Of a DNA stretch of 64,000 bases, positions 20,426 to 30,465 are shown one piece after another. The position numbers were made by a program, and so were the translations under genes. Every line of letters begins with the position of its first letter. Within the stretch, counting starts at the first letter, position 1. This DNA is from a bacterium (lineage in GTDB: Bacteria; UBA8248; JACPRG01; G963555815): contig CBDHDG010000005.1 of NCBI GenBank assembly GCA_965261595.1, positions 96,001 to 160,000 of the forward strand, in the 5' to 3' direction. Below the pieces are notes generated by a model. That model saw only the letters and a program-made list of their open reading frames with translations. It was not told the DNA's origin and ran no database searches.

Positions 20426-21973
20426 GTGACGTCACTGGTACGTCTTGAAGGAATCACCAAGCAATTTGGCCGGGTGGTGGCCAACGACCATGTGGACTTT
20501 GACCTGAACCCCGGAGAAGTCCACGCCCTCCTGGGAGAAAACGGCGCCGGCAAGACCACGCTGATGGGCATTCTGTATGGACTCCTCCCGCCGGACGAGG
20601 GGACCATTTACCTTCAGGAAGAGCCGGTCTCGTTCCGATCTCCCCACGATGCCGTGGCCCGCGGGATCGGTATGGTCCATCAGCACTTCATGCTCATCCA
20701 GCCCTTCACCGTCGCCGAGAACATCATGCTGGGCGTACGGTCGTCACGGGGACTCCTGCTGGACGCCAAGGCCGTCAAGTCACGACTGGCCACCCTCTCC
20801 CGAGAATACGGCCTTCAGGTTGACCCGCAAGCGACGGTCGCAGAGTTATCCGTTGGGGCACAGCAGCGGGTGGAGATCATCAAAGCCCTGAACCGAGAGC
20901 CCCGCATCCTGATCCTGGACGAACCCACATCGGTGCTCACCCCTCAGGAGGTCACCGATCTGTTCGGCGTTCTGCGCGCGCTCAAGGACAAGGGGCTTTC
21001 GGTCATCTTCATCAGCCATAAGTTGAACGAGGTCATGGACATCAGCGATCGAATCACCGTCCTTCGGGACGGGAAGGTGATCCGGGCCGTTCAAACAAAC
21101 GAGACCACGAAAGAGGCGCTGGCGCAAATGATGGTCGGCCGGGAAGTCTCGCTGACGGTCAAAAAGTCTTCGCGGAACCCCGGCGCTCCGCTCCTGCGGG
21201 TCGACGATCTTGAAGTCCTGAGCGACCGAGGGACCTCGGCCCTGGCCCGGGTCTCGTTTTCTGTCCGGTCTAGAGAAATCTTCGGCATTGCGGGCGTTGC
21301 GGGGAACGGTCAAACCGAGCTGGCGGAGGTCATTACGGGATTGCGACCCGCGGCAGGAGGACGAATCACCCTGGCCGGAGAAAACATCATGGAGCGAAAA
21401 AGCCGGGACCTATCCAATCACGGCTTGGCCTACATCCCCGAGGACCGGTTGGAGCAGGGACTCGCCAAAGGGCTTTCCGTCGCTGAGAACTCCATTCTCG
21501 GGTTTCATCGGTCCCCTCCCTTCAATCGATGGGGATTTCTCAGCCGTGAGGTCCAACCCCACGCCGAACGTCTCGTCGAGGAGTTCGATGTGACCACCGT
21601 GAACACGGAAGTCCCGATTCGTTTTCTCTCAGGCGGAAATCAACAAAAGATGATTCTCGCCCGTGAGTTGCACGCCGGGCCGGGTTTCATCGTCGCCGTC
21701 CAACCGACGCGAGGGCTCGATATCGCGGCCACGGAGTTCGTCCATCGCCGCCTGCTCGAGGAGCGGGAACGGGGCGCCGGGATTCTCCTGATCTCGACGG
21801 ACCTCTCCGAGGTCCTCGCCCTGAGCGACCGGGTGGGCGTCCTGTACCAAGGGGAGCTGATGGATGTGGTCTCCCGTCCGGAGGAACATCTCGAAGAGAT
21901 TGGGTTGATGATGGCGGGTACGCGGACGGCCTCGTCGCATGCAGCCCATTGGGCGGGGTCCGAGGGATCCTGA
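20426..21973 (+). CDS. ABC transporter ATP-binding protein (double NBD, CUT2/nucleoside type)
   Basis: GENGAGKTT, LSVGAQQRVE, LSGGNQQK, QPTRGLD. Confidence 0.95.
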   Translation: MTSLVRLEGITKQFGRVVANDHVDFDLNPGEVHALLGENGAGKTTLMGILYGLLPPDEGTIYLQEEPVSFRSPHDAVARGIGMVHQHFMLIQPFTVAENIMLGVRSSRGLLLDAKAVKSRLATLSREYGLQVDPQATVAELSVGAQQRVEIIKALNREPRILILDEPTSVLTPQEVTDLFGVLRALKDKGLSVIFISHKLNEVMDISDRITVLRDGKVIRAVQTNETTKEALAQMMVGREVSLTVKKSSRNPGAPLLRVDDLEVLSDRGTSALARVSFSVRSREIFGIAGVAGNGQTELAEVITGLRPAAGGRITLAGENIMERKSRDLSNHGLAYIPEDRLEQGLAKGLSVAENSILGFHRSPPFNRWGFLSREVQPHAERLVEEFDVTTVNTEVPIRFLSGGNQQKMILARELHAGPGFIVAVQPTRGLDIAATEFVHRRLLEERERGAGILLISTDLSEVLALSDRVGVLYQGELMDVVSRPEEHLEEIGLMMAGTRTASSHAAHWAGSEGS

Positions 21974-23046
21974 TGGCCCGGCTCTCTCAGATGCGATGGC
22001 GATACGGGATCGTAACCGCCATCCAGGCGCTGGTCCCACTCTGGGCCGTTCTGGCCGCACTGATCGTGGGTGGGTTTCTGATCGCAGCGACGGGTGCGAA
22101 CCCCTTCCACGCCTACCGGTCTCTCGTCATCGGGGCGTTTGGCAGCGTATACGGCCTGAGCGAGACGGTGGCCCGGACCTGTCCTCTCCTCTTTGCCGCA
22201 CTGGGGACCGCAATCTGTTTTCGGGCCAAGATCTACAACATCGGTGCGGAGGGTCAGCTCTACATCGGGGCATTAATGGCCACGATGACCGCTCTGTGGA
22301 TTGGAGACGCCCTGGGCCCTTTCTCGATCCTTCTGGTGATTGCCGGGGGGTTTCTCGGCGGAGCGGTTTGGGGAGGTATTGCCGGATTTTTGAAGGCCCG
22401 CTGGGGGGCGAATGAAATCATCACCACCATCATGTTCAATTACATTGCCATCTACGTGGCGGGGTTCTTCGTCAACGGCCCATTAAGAGATCCCGAAGGG
22501 GCGTTTCCGTGGACCCCCATCTTCGCGACCCACGCTCAACTCCCGAGACTTCTGGCGGGCACTCGTCTTCACGCCGGCGTCCTTGTCGCATTGGCCGCAT
22601 CCTTCGTCGTTTTCCTGCTGCTCCGAAAGATGGTCATCGGATATGAGATTTGTGTGGTCGGCGAGGGGGAACGGGTGGCCCGATATGGTCGCATCCCCGT
22701 CGAGCGAATCATTGTGGGCGCAATGATTCTGGGAGGCGGATTTGCCGGGCTGGCCGGGATGAACGAGGTAGCGGGGATCCACCACCGAATGCTGGAACAT
22801 ATCTCCCCGGGATTTGGATACACGGCCATTGCAGTGGCTCTCCTGGGCGAACTGCATCCCATGAAGATCATCCTGGCGGCATTCCTTTTCGGCGCCCTTG
22901 AGATCGGCAGCAGTGCCATGCAGTATGAGGCCAAGGTCCCCGCGGCCATGGTGTTGGTGATCGAGGGCCTGATCGTCATCTTCGTCATCGGCCGGGCCTT
23001 CCTGACCCGGAGGCTCCCGCGGCTCCCGCCCTTACCGGGGACGTAG
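21973..23046 (+). CDS. ABC transporter permease
   Basis: YNIGAEGQL, ANEIITTIM, GFGYTAIAVALLG. Confidence 0.93.
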   Translation: MARLSQMRWRYGIVTAIQALVPLWAVLAALIVGGFLIAATGANPFHAYRSLVIGAFGSVYGLSETVARTCPLLFAALGTAICFRAKIYNIGAEGQLYIGALMATMTALWIGDALGPFSILLVIAGGFLGGAVWGGIAGFLKARWGANEIITTIMFNYIAIYVAGFFVNGPLRDPEGAFPWTPIFATHAQLPRLLAGTRLHAGVLVALAASFVVFLLLRKMVIGYEICVVGEGERVARYGRIPVERIIVGAMILGGGFAGLAGMNEVAGIHHRMLEHISPGFGYTAIAVALLGELHPMKIILAAFLFGALEIGSSAMQYEAKVPAAMVLVIEGLIVIFVIGRAFLTRRLPRLPPLPGT

Positions 23047-23051
23047 TCGTC

Positions 23052-23993
23052 GTGGAAGCATTTCTCAAAGAGGCCTTTTGGGTCAGTTTCCTCTTCGCCA
23101 CCATTCGCATGGCGACTCCCCTTCTGCTTGCGTCCCTGGGCGAGATTGTGAGCGAGCGGTCCGGGGTCTTCAATATCGGGCTTGAAGGGATGATGCTCAT
23201 GGGGGCCTTCTGCGGGTTTCTCGGATTGTCCCTGACGGACAGTCTCTTGATCGGCATCCTGGCCGGGATGGCGGGGGGCCTCTTTCTGGCTATCATCAGC
23301 GCGTATTTGAGCGTGACGCTCGGGGTGGATCAGATCGTGAGCGGGATTGCCCTCAACATCTTCGCTGTCGGGTTTACCAGTTCTTTTTATCGCATCATTT
23401 TCGGCCTGACTCCGCCTCAAGTGGAGTCGAGTCGCATGGTCCCCCTGGGAATCCCCTGGCTCAAAGATCTCCCGTTCTTTGGGTCCATCTTCTTCAAACA
23501 GGTACCGCTGGTTTATGTGGCCTTTGCACTCGTGCCCTTCCTCTGGTTCATCCTGTTCCGCACGACCATCGGACTTCAGGTTCGAAGCCTCGGAGAGCAC
23601 CCGCTCGCAGCAGACATTGCGGGGATCAAGGTGGCGCCGCTTCGATATCTGTCGGTCCTCTTGGCCGGGCTCTTCGCGGGTCTCGGGGGCGCCTATCTGT
23701 CTCTGGGTCCGCTCAACCTGTTCAGCGACAATATGATCGCGGGCCGCGGATTCATCGCCCTGGCCGTGGTCATCTTTGGACGCCTGAATCCGTTCGGAGC
23801 GCTGGGCGCAGCCCTTCTGTTCGGAGCCACCGAGGCCCTGCAACTGAGGCTTCAGGTCATAGGCCTGGATATCCCCTATCAATTCCTCTTGATGCTGCCA
23901 TACGTTGCGACCGTCGTGGCCCTGATCGGCTTGATTGGGAAGACACGGCTTCCGGCGGCTTTAGGGGTCCCCTACAATGCATCCAACCGCTGA
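23052..23993 (+). CDS. ABC transporter permease
   Basis: SERSGVFNIGLEG, GEHPLAA, AGRGFIALA, PAALGVPY. Confidence 0.93.
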   Translation: MEAFLKEAFWVSFLFATIRMATPLLLASLGEIVSERSGVFNIGLEGMMLMGAFCGFLGLSLTDSLLIGILAGMAGGLFLAIISAYLSVTLGVDQIVSGIALNIFAVGFTSSFYRIIFGLTPPQVESSRMVPLGIPWLKDLPFFGSIFFKQVPLVYVAFALVPFLWFILFRTTIGLQVRSLGEHPLAADIAGIKVAPLRYLSVLLAGLFAGLGGAYLSLGPLNLFSDNMIAGRGFIALAVVIFGRLNPFGALGAALLFGATEALQLRLQVIGLDIPYQFLLMLPYVATVVALIGLIGKTRLPAALGVPYNASNR

Positions 23994-24045
23994 TTCCGTT
24001 TTCAGGATGACGAGAAAGTCATCCCTGTAGAGGAGGTTCCCCCTC

Positions 24046-26157
24046 TTGTACTCGGTGGGCGTTGATATTGGCGGCACGTTCACGGATGTGGTCGTCTTGG
24101 ACGAGGAAGGAAATCTTCGGACGTATAAGACCTCCTCCACGCCGGCCGACCTGGGCGAGGGGGTTGTCGAGGGTCTTCGCCTGGCGGCATCCGGCTTGGA
24201 TCTTACGCTGGAGCAGCTCCTTACCGATACGGCCTACTTTGGGCACGGAACCACCGCCGCGACCAACGCCTTCATCGAGCGAAAAGGCTCCAAGACGGGT
24301 CTCATCACGACCCGAGGTTTCGGGGATACGCTCTTGATCCAGCGCATGCTCGGGATGACGGCCGGGCTTCGTGAGGAGCAGATGTCCCGCTACAGCCTCA
24401 GAGCGTACCCGGATCCCCTCATCCCACCTGAGATGATTTTCGAAGTGACGGAGCGCGTGGATTACAAGGGGGCGGAAATCGTGCCGATTCAGGAAGAGGA
24501 TGTCCGGCATGCCGCCCGTGCCTTGGCAAACGCCGGCGTCCGGACCGTGGCCGTTTGTCTCCTTTGGTCCTTCAAGAATCCGGCCCATGAGCGCCGGGTT
24601 CGGGAGATTTTCCACCGAGAGGCCCCGGAGATCGAAATCAACCTGTCGAGCGACGTCATTCCCGTCATCCGCGAGTACGAACGGACGGCGACGACGGCCA
24701 TCAACGCCTATCTCCGCTCCGTCATCGGGACGTATATCGGCCGGCTTCAAACGGGGCTTCAAGACAAGGGGCTGAAAGGCCCCTTCCTGATCATGAATTC
24801 CATCGGAGGGGTCGTCACCGCGGACGAAGCCCCCACCAAGGCCGTGACGCTTCTCACCTCCGGGCCGACAGGAGGCGTCGTCGGCTCTCTTTCCCTGGGC
24901 AAGGTGTTGGGCCATTCCCACATCATTACGACCGATATGGGCGGGACGAGTTTCGACGCGGGTCTCATTGTAGAAGGACGGCCGCTTCTTTCAACCATCA
25001 CGACCGTCGAGAAGTATCACATCCTGACTCCAATGATCAGCATTGACACGATCGGGGCCGGAGGAGGTTCCATTGCCCGCGTGGAGGGGGGACATCTGAG
25101 GGTCGGTCCGGAAAGCGCGGGGGCCGATCCCGGGCCGGTTTGCTATGGTCGCGGCGGGGAACGCCCCACAGTCACGGATGCCGACTTGGTTCTCGGAATT
25201 CTGAACCCGGACTATTTCCTGGGGGGGCGAATCCCTCTCGACCGCCCGAAGGCGGAGGAGGCGATCCGGAGGCACGTTGCCGAACCTCTGGGGATTTCGG
25301 TGCCGGAGGCCGCGGCGGGGATCCGGAGGGTCATTGACAACCGGATGGCCGATCGGCTCCGGCGGCTCACCCTCGAGAAGGGTCATGACCCAAGAGACTT
25401 CGTGCTGTATGCCTACGGAGGCGCCGGACCGGTCCATTGCACCGCCTACGGCGCGGAGCTTCACGTCCAGAAGATCCTGGTCCCCGTGACGGCGACGGTT
25501 CATTCCGCGTTCGGGGCCGTGGCCTCAGACCTTCATTACACCTTTGAAATTTCAGACTTAATGCGGACCCCCGCTCACTTCGATGTGGCGTCCAAGCACC
25601 TGCCTCCCGGGCGGATCAACGAGATCTTCGAAATGCTGGAGGAGCAGGGCCGTCGAGCCTTGGAGGCCAACGAGATTCCCCCGGATCGCATGCGGTTATA
25701 TCGAAGCACTGACTTCCGATTTCGCCGTCAGACAAACGAAGTGCTCATCCCCACCCCGGACGGGGAGCTCAATGAACAGGCCGTGGATTCATTGGTAGCG
25801 GATTTCGAGGCGCGATATGAGCAGCTGTACGGACCTGGATCGGCTTTTCGGGAGGCGGGCATAGAGATCACCACCTTCCGGGTCGAAGCCGTCGGGCTGA
25901 TGAACCCCTGTCAGCTCCGGGAGTACCCCCTCGAGAAAGGCGAAGCCGAGGCCGCGCGGAAAGAGACCCGCGACGTCTATTTTCCAAAACAGGGCGGAAG
26001 CGTACCCACACCCATCTATGAGGGCGAAGCCCTCCGGGCCGGATGGACCATTCCGGGACCGGCCATCATCGAATATCCGGGGACCACGATCGCCGTGGGG
26101 CCTTCTCAGAAGGCCGCTCTGGACCCATTCCTCAACGTCGCGATAGAGGCCCTCTGA
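24046..26157 (+). CDS. hyuA: Hydantoinase/oxoprolinase subunit A (ATP-binding)
   Basis: GVDIGGTFTD, HGTT.ATN, DMGGTSFD, IGAGGGS, SAGADPGPVCYG. Confidence 0.92.
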   Translation: MYSVGVDIGGTFTDVVVLDEEGNLRTYKTSSTPADLGEGVVEGLRLAASGLDLTLEQLLTDTAYFGHGTTAATNAFIERKGSKTGLITTRGFGDTLLIQRMLGMTAGLREEQMSRYSLRAYPDPLIPPEMIFEVTERVDYKGAEIVPIQEEDVRHAARALANAGVRTVAVCLLWSFKNPAHERRVREIFHREAPEIEINLSSDVIPVIREYERTATTAINAYLRSVIGTYIGRLQTGLQDKGLKGPFLIMNSIGGVVTADEAPTKAVTLLTSGPTGGVVGSLSLGKVLGHSHIITTDMGGTSFDAGLIVEGRPLLSTITTVEKYHILTPMISIDTIGAGGGSIARVEGGHLRVGPESAGADPGPVCYGRGGERPTVTDADLVLGILNPDYFLGGRIPLDRPKAEEAIRRHVAEPLGISVPEAAAGIRRVIDNRMADRLRRLTLEKGHDPRDFVLYAYGGAGPVHCTAYGAELHVQKILVPVTATVHSAFGAVASDLHYTFEISDLMRTPAHFDVASKHLPPGRINEIFEMLEEQGRRALEANEIPPDRMRLYRSTDFRFRRQTNEVLIPTPDGELNEQAVDSLVADFEARYEQLYGPGSAFREAGIEITTFRVEAVGLMNPCQLREYPLEKGEAEAARKETRDVYFPKQGGSVPTPIYEGEALRAGWTIPGPAIIEYPGTTIAVGPSQKAALDPFLNVAIEAL

Positions 26158-26166
26158 GGGGAAGCC

Positions 26167-28353
26167 ATGGAAACCGTCAACACTCCAATCGATCCTGTCA
26201 CCCTCGAAGTCGTCAAACACAAGCTGTGGGCCGTGCCGGAAGAGCAGGCCATCACTTTGAAATCCGTCTCCGGTTCCCCCATCGTGACCGAGGCCAACGA
26301 TTTCAATACCGGCCTGTATCTGGCTGACGGGTCCATTGTGAAGATGAGTCATCAGGTCATCCTGCACGCGGGTTCCATGTCCCAAGTCATTAAGTACACC
26401 TTGCAGGACTGCGCGGAGAATCCGGGCATCGAAGACGGAGACATGTTCATCGTCAATGACCCCTACAAGGGCGCCCTTCACCCGCCGGACGTCTCGATCG
26501 TGGCCCCCATCTTCGTCGACGGAGATCTGTTCGCGTGGGTCGGGGCATGTGCTCACCAAATCGATGTGGGCGGCATGGACCCGGGTAGCTGGTGCTCGCG
26601 GGCGACCGAAAGAATTCAGGAGGCCATGGTCATCCCCCCGGTCAAGCTGGTCGAGGGAGGGAAGGTGAGAAATGACATCTGGAACATGATCCTCTCGATG
26701 TCCCGTCTCCCTTTCGTGGTGGGCCTGGACCTACGGGCGATGATCGCAGCGAATAACGTGGCCAAGAGGCGATTTCTCGAGATCACCCAACGGTACGGAG
26801 CGGAAACCGTTCGCCGGGTCATGGACGAATTGATCCGGTTTTCGGAGCGGCAGTTCAGGGACCGGCTCCGGGGGCTCCCCGACGGCGTCTACCGGGCCGT
26901 CGATTTCCTCGATCACGACGGACATGAAAACCGCCTCTACAAGGTGGCCCTCGATGTTCGAAAAGAGAAGGACCACCTGATCTTCGATTTCAGCGGAACC
27001 TCCGCGCAGGCGCCCGGCTTCATCAACTGTACGGAGTCGGGGCTGATTGGAGGGGTCGCGGCGGGGGCCTTCACTATTTTGGCCTACGAGATCCCTTGGA
27101 CCGAGGGGTTGCTGAAACCCATGGAAATCGTGGCGCCCCCCGGCACCCTCTGCAACGCGCTTCCGCCCGCGCCGAACAGCATGTCTTCGGTGGCCGGCAC
27201 GCATGTCGTGGAGAACGTCGTCATTTCGGCGCTCTCCAAACTGGTTCAAACGAAAGAGGAACATCGCTCGGAGGCCCAGGGGGTCTCCCGCGGTGGCGTC
27301 TCCGTCCTCACGCTGTCGGGGAAGAATCAGTACGGCGAGCCCTTTGGCACCTACCTGCTCGACGCATCGGCGGGAGGCGGTGGCGCCCATTCATTCCGGG
27401 ACGGCCTCAACGCGACCGGGAGCTACCACAACCCGACGCCCAACATTGCAAACGTCGAAACCAACGAAAACTTCTCTCCCATCCTGTATCTGAACCGGAG
27501 ACTGATTCCCGATTCCGGAGGTCCTGGGTACCACCGCGGCGGTCTGGCCTGCGGGCTCGCCTTCGCCCTGCACGATGTGGAAAGCCTGAACGGGGTCCTC
27601 GTCTCCCACGGGGTCGAAGTGCCCAACTCGGCCGGCATCTTTGGCGGCTTCCCCGGGTCCTGCATCGTGAACGGGGTGTTTCGCACATCGGACGTCAGGG
27701 TGCAATTCGGCGACGGGCGATACCCCTCGGACAGCAGCGAGCTGGAAGCGCAGTGGGATTGCCTCGGCGCCAAACCGGGACGAATCCAGCTTCACGAGGA
27801 TGACGTGCTGGAGTACACCTGGCAGGGCGGCGGGGGCTATGGGGACCCGCTCAATCGCGAACCCGAGAGGGTGGCGCGCGACGTGGCCCGCCGCTGGGTG
27901 ACTTCCGAATCGGCCCGGACCCTCTACGGCGTCGTATTCAAAGACAGCGCCTTCGAGGTGGACGCCCACGCCACAGAGGCCGAGCGTAAAAAGATTCGGC
28001 AGAAAAGGCTCAAGAACCGGCCGGCCGGTTTCAAGCATCGCCCGTCGGAGGATGAGGCCGAGGTGATTCTACCGCTGGGCTATTCTGTCGAACTCATCCG
28101 GCAAGGGCCTGACAACCGGGTCCGGTGCCGCAAATGCCGGCACATTCTGGGTCCGGCATCCGAGAACTGGAAACATCATTCCGCAAGGGCCGTTGTTCCG
28201 CCGGACTCCGCCGGCCCGCTCATTCGCTTGCATGAGGAACTGGAGCTCCGCGAGTTTTCGTGCCCCAACTGCGGAACGCTCCTCAGCCTGGACGTCGCCC
28301 GGAAAGAGGATCCCGATCTGTTCGATATCGAAATTCCAAACCAAGGAAGTTAA
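26167..28353 (+). CDS. hyuB: Hydantoinase/oxoprolinase subunit B with a C-terminal acetone-carboxylase-gamma-like Zn ribbon
   Basis: NDPYKGALHPPD, HQIDVGG, DSGGPG.HRGG, GGGGYGDPL, then CRKC...REFSCPNCGTLL. Confidence 0.9.
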   Translation: METVNTPIDPVTLEVVKHKLWAVPEEQAITLKSVSGSPIVTEANDFNTGLYLADGSIVKMSHQVILHAGSMSQVIKYTLQDCAENPGIEDGDMFIVNDPYKGALHPPDVSIVAPIFVDGDLFAWVGACAHQIDVGGMDPGSWCSRATERIQEAMVIPPVKLVEGGKVRNDIWNMILSMSRLPFVVGLDLRAMIAANNVAKRRFLEITQRYGAETVRRVMDELIRFSERQFRDRLRGLPDGVYRAVDFLDHDGHENRLYKVALDVRKEKDHLIFDFSGTSAQAPGFINCTESGLIGGVAAGAFTILAYEIPWTEGLLKPMEIVAPPGTLCNALPPAPNSMSSVAGTHVVENVVISALSKLVQTKEEHRSEAQGVSRGGVSVLTLSGKNQYGEPFGTYLLDASAGGGGAHSFRDGLNATGSYHNPTPNIANVETNENFSPILYLNRRLIPDSGGPGYHRGGLACGLAFALHDVESLNGVLVSHGVEVPNSAGIFGGFPGSCIVNGVFRTSDVRVQFGDGRYPSDSSELEAQWDCLGAKPGRIQLHEDDVLEYTWQGGGGYGDPLNREPERVARDVARRWVTSESARTLYGVVFKDSAFEVDAHATEAERKKIRQKRLKNRPAGFKHRPSEDEAEVILPLGYSVELIRQGPDNRVRCRKCRHILGPASENWKHHSARAVVPPDSAGPLIRLHEELELREFSCPNCGTLLSLDVARKEDPDLFDIEIPNQGS

Positions 28354-28476
28354 TCCCAATCTCGGTTGATCCAACAATCACCGCCGGACGCCAACCAAAC
28401 TCCCCTCTTTTCAACGACCGGTCTTGCATCGCACCGACCGAAAATTTCTTGCCCTCACTTTTGGAAAAGATAGAGC

Positions 28477-28503
28477 GGGGTCAGGTCTCACATTCCTACA
28501 TTT
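28477..28503 (+). repeat. 27-bp REP-like motif (inverted partner at 19101-19127)
   Basis: GGGGTCAGGTCTCACATTCCTACATTT; one mismatch to its partner. Confidence 0.8.
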
Positions 28504-28583
28504 AAGATAAAAACCGTTCACCAAGGATACAGAACTAAGCTGAAATCCGAATCCTTAGTGGGCTTTCAAACGCAACACTTTAA

Positions 28584-30251
28584 CCCGCATTTCCCATATG
28601 GATCATAAGTTTTGTCGGACCGAATGCCGTTTTCTCGTGTAAGATCAAGGTGTTGGCCTCTCCCTGCCATCATCTTGCGAGGGGACCCAATGGGTGAAGC
28701 GAAGAAGGGGGCTTTGAAGATCCGTTTTGACCGTCGGCTGAGGCTTGAGTTTCACGGAACCAGAATCACTTCGGATGCGGGATTGCTGGCCTGCCGGGAG
28801 CTGGATGATGCGCTGGGTTTGACGGTGAGAGCGCCAGTGCAATTGCAAGAGATCCGTCATGGCCGGAACATCCAGCATGAGTTGGCGCCGCTATTGCGCC
28901 AGTCGGTCTATAGCCGCTTGGCAGGGTATGAAGACACCAACGATGCCGAGCGGTTGGCCCAGGACCCCGCGATGCAAGCCGTGGTCGGCCGCCGAGCGCT
29001 TGAGAAGCAGGCGGCGGGCGCCAACACCCTGAGCCGGTTCGAGACCGAGGCTCTCACCAGGGAGGAGAATCTCAAGGGGCCGGAGCGAGCTGAACCGGGA
29101 GTGGGTGGACCGGGCCATGGCACACTCACCCCATCAGCGAATCATCCTGGACATGGACAGCTCGGAAAGCCCCGTCCATGGGGAGCAGGAAGGTACGGCC
29201 TACAACGGCCACTTTCGTTGCACCTGTTATCACCCTCTTTTTTGCTTTAACCAGTTCGGGGACTGCGAAGGGGCGATGTTGCGCCCCGGCAACGTGCACA
29301 GCGCCGATGGCTGGCGCGAGTTGCTTTCGCCCATCGCGGCCCGGTATGAGCGGGCGGGTGTTCGCCGTTACTTCCGAGCCGATGCCGCCTTTGCGCGCCC
29401 GGAGGTCTATGAGTGCCTGGAAGCGCACAGCTTCCATTACGCCATCCGCCTTCCCGCCAACGACGTGGTGCAGCGAGAGATCGACTTCCTCCTCACCCGC
29501 CCGGTCGGTCGCCCGCCCAAGAGACCCATCATCTTCTATTACGACTTCCGGTATCAGGCTGGAAGCTGGGACCGTTCCCGGCGGGTCGTGGCGAAGGTGG
29601 AATGGCACTCAGGCGAACTCTTCCCTCGCGTCGGATTCATTGTCACGAACCTGACGGCTCGACCCGAGGGGGTCGTGCACTTCTACAACCAGCGAGGCAC
29701 AGCCGAGCAATGGATCAAGGAAGGCAAGTACGCCCTGAACTGGACACGCCTTTCCTGTCACCGGTTCGTGTGCAACCAGGTGCGGCTCCTTCTCTTCGTC
29801 CTGGCGTACAACCTGGGCAATTTCCTGCGCAGGCTAGCCTTGCCCAGGGGGCTCAAGCACTGGTCGCTGCGAAGCCTCCAGGTCAAGCTCATCAAAATGG
29901 GCGGGAGGATTGTGCGGCACGCCCGGCAGATCATCTTTCAATTGGCCGAAGTAGCGGTATCCAGGGAAGAGTTCGCCATCATCCTGGACCGAATCAACCG
30001 ATTACGGCCGGTGCCGGTCTAACCTTGTGCAGAGGGTTCCCGGCAGCATGAGGTGATTGGTTAACGGGTTGAACCGCGAACAAAGGGGACCGAAGGGCGA
30101 GGGTCCGCCTTTTGGGGCAGTCGATGGCCGTCAGCACCTTGTTGCGGAGGGTTGGAAGGCTCTTGACAAACCCATCGGAAGGGGATCAACTGGTTTTCAT
30201 CGGGAAAGGGGACCGGAAACCACCCAAGCAAGTTGATATGGGAAATTCCGG
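28584..30251 (+). mobile_element. IS1380-family element, copy 3 (1668 bp)
   Basis: Same ends; a few substitutions (ETEAL, HSFHY). Confidence 0.95.
28690..30022 (+). pseudogene. IS1380 transposase split by a frameshift
   Basis: Same frame change (about 29074-29089). Confidence 0.9.
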
Positions 30252-30465
30252 TTGAAGTACATAACACCGAGATTGTGCTGGCCCAAGGCGTGGCCCTTCA
30301 GTGCAGACTTGCGATACCACTTCACCGCCTGAGCGTAGTCTCGGTCTACACCTCGGCCTTTATCGTACATAGCGCCGAGATTGGATTGCCCAAGGGCGTG
30401 GCCCTTCAGTGCGGCCTTGTGGACCGCCCCTGGGTTATTGGACACTCGGGTGAGGGTATTCGACC

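Noticed and set aside
11570..30256. TTGAA as a swapped TSD between IS1380 copies 1 and 3
   Set aside because: Joining the flanks restores neither the IS407 OrfB nor the Sel1 gene; it probably reflects target preference
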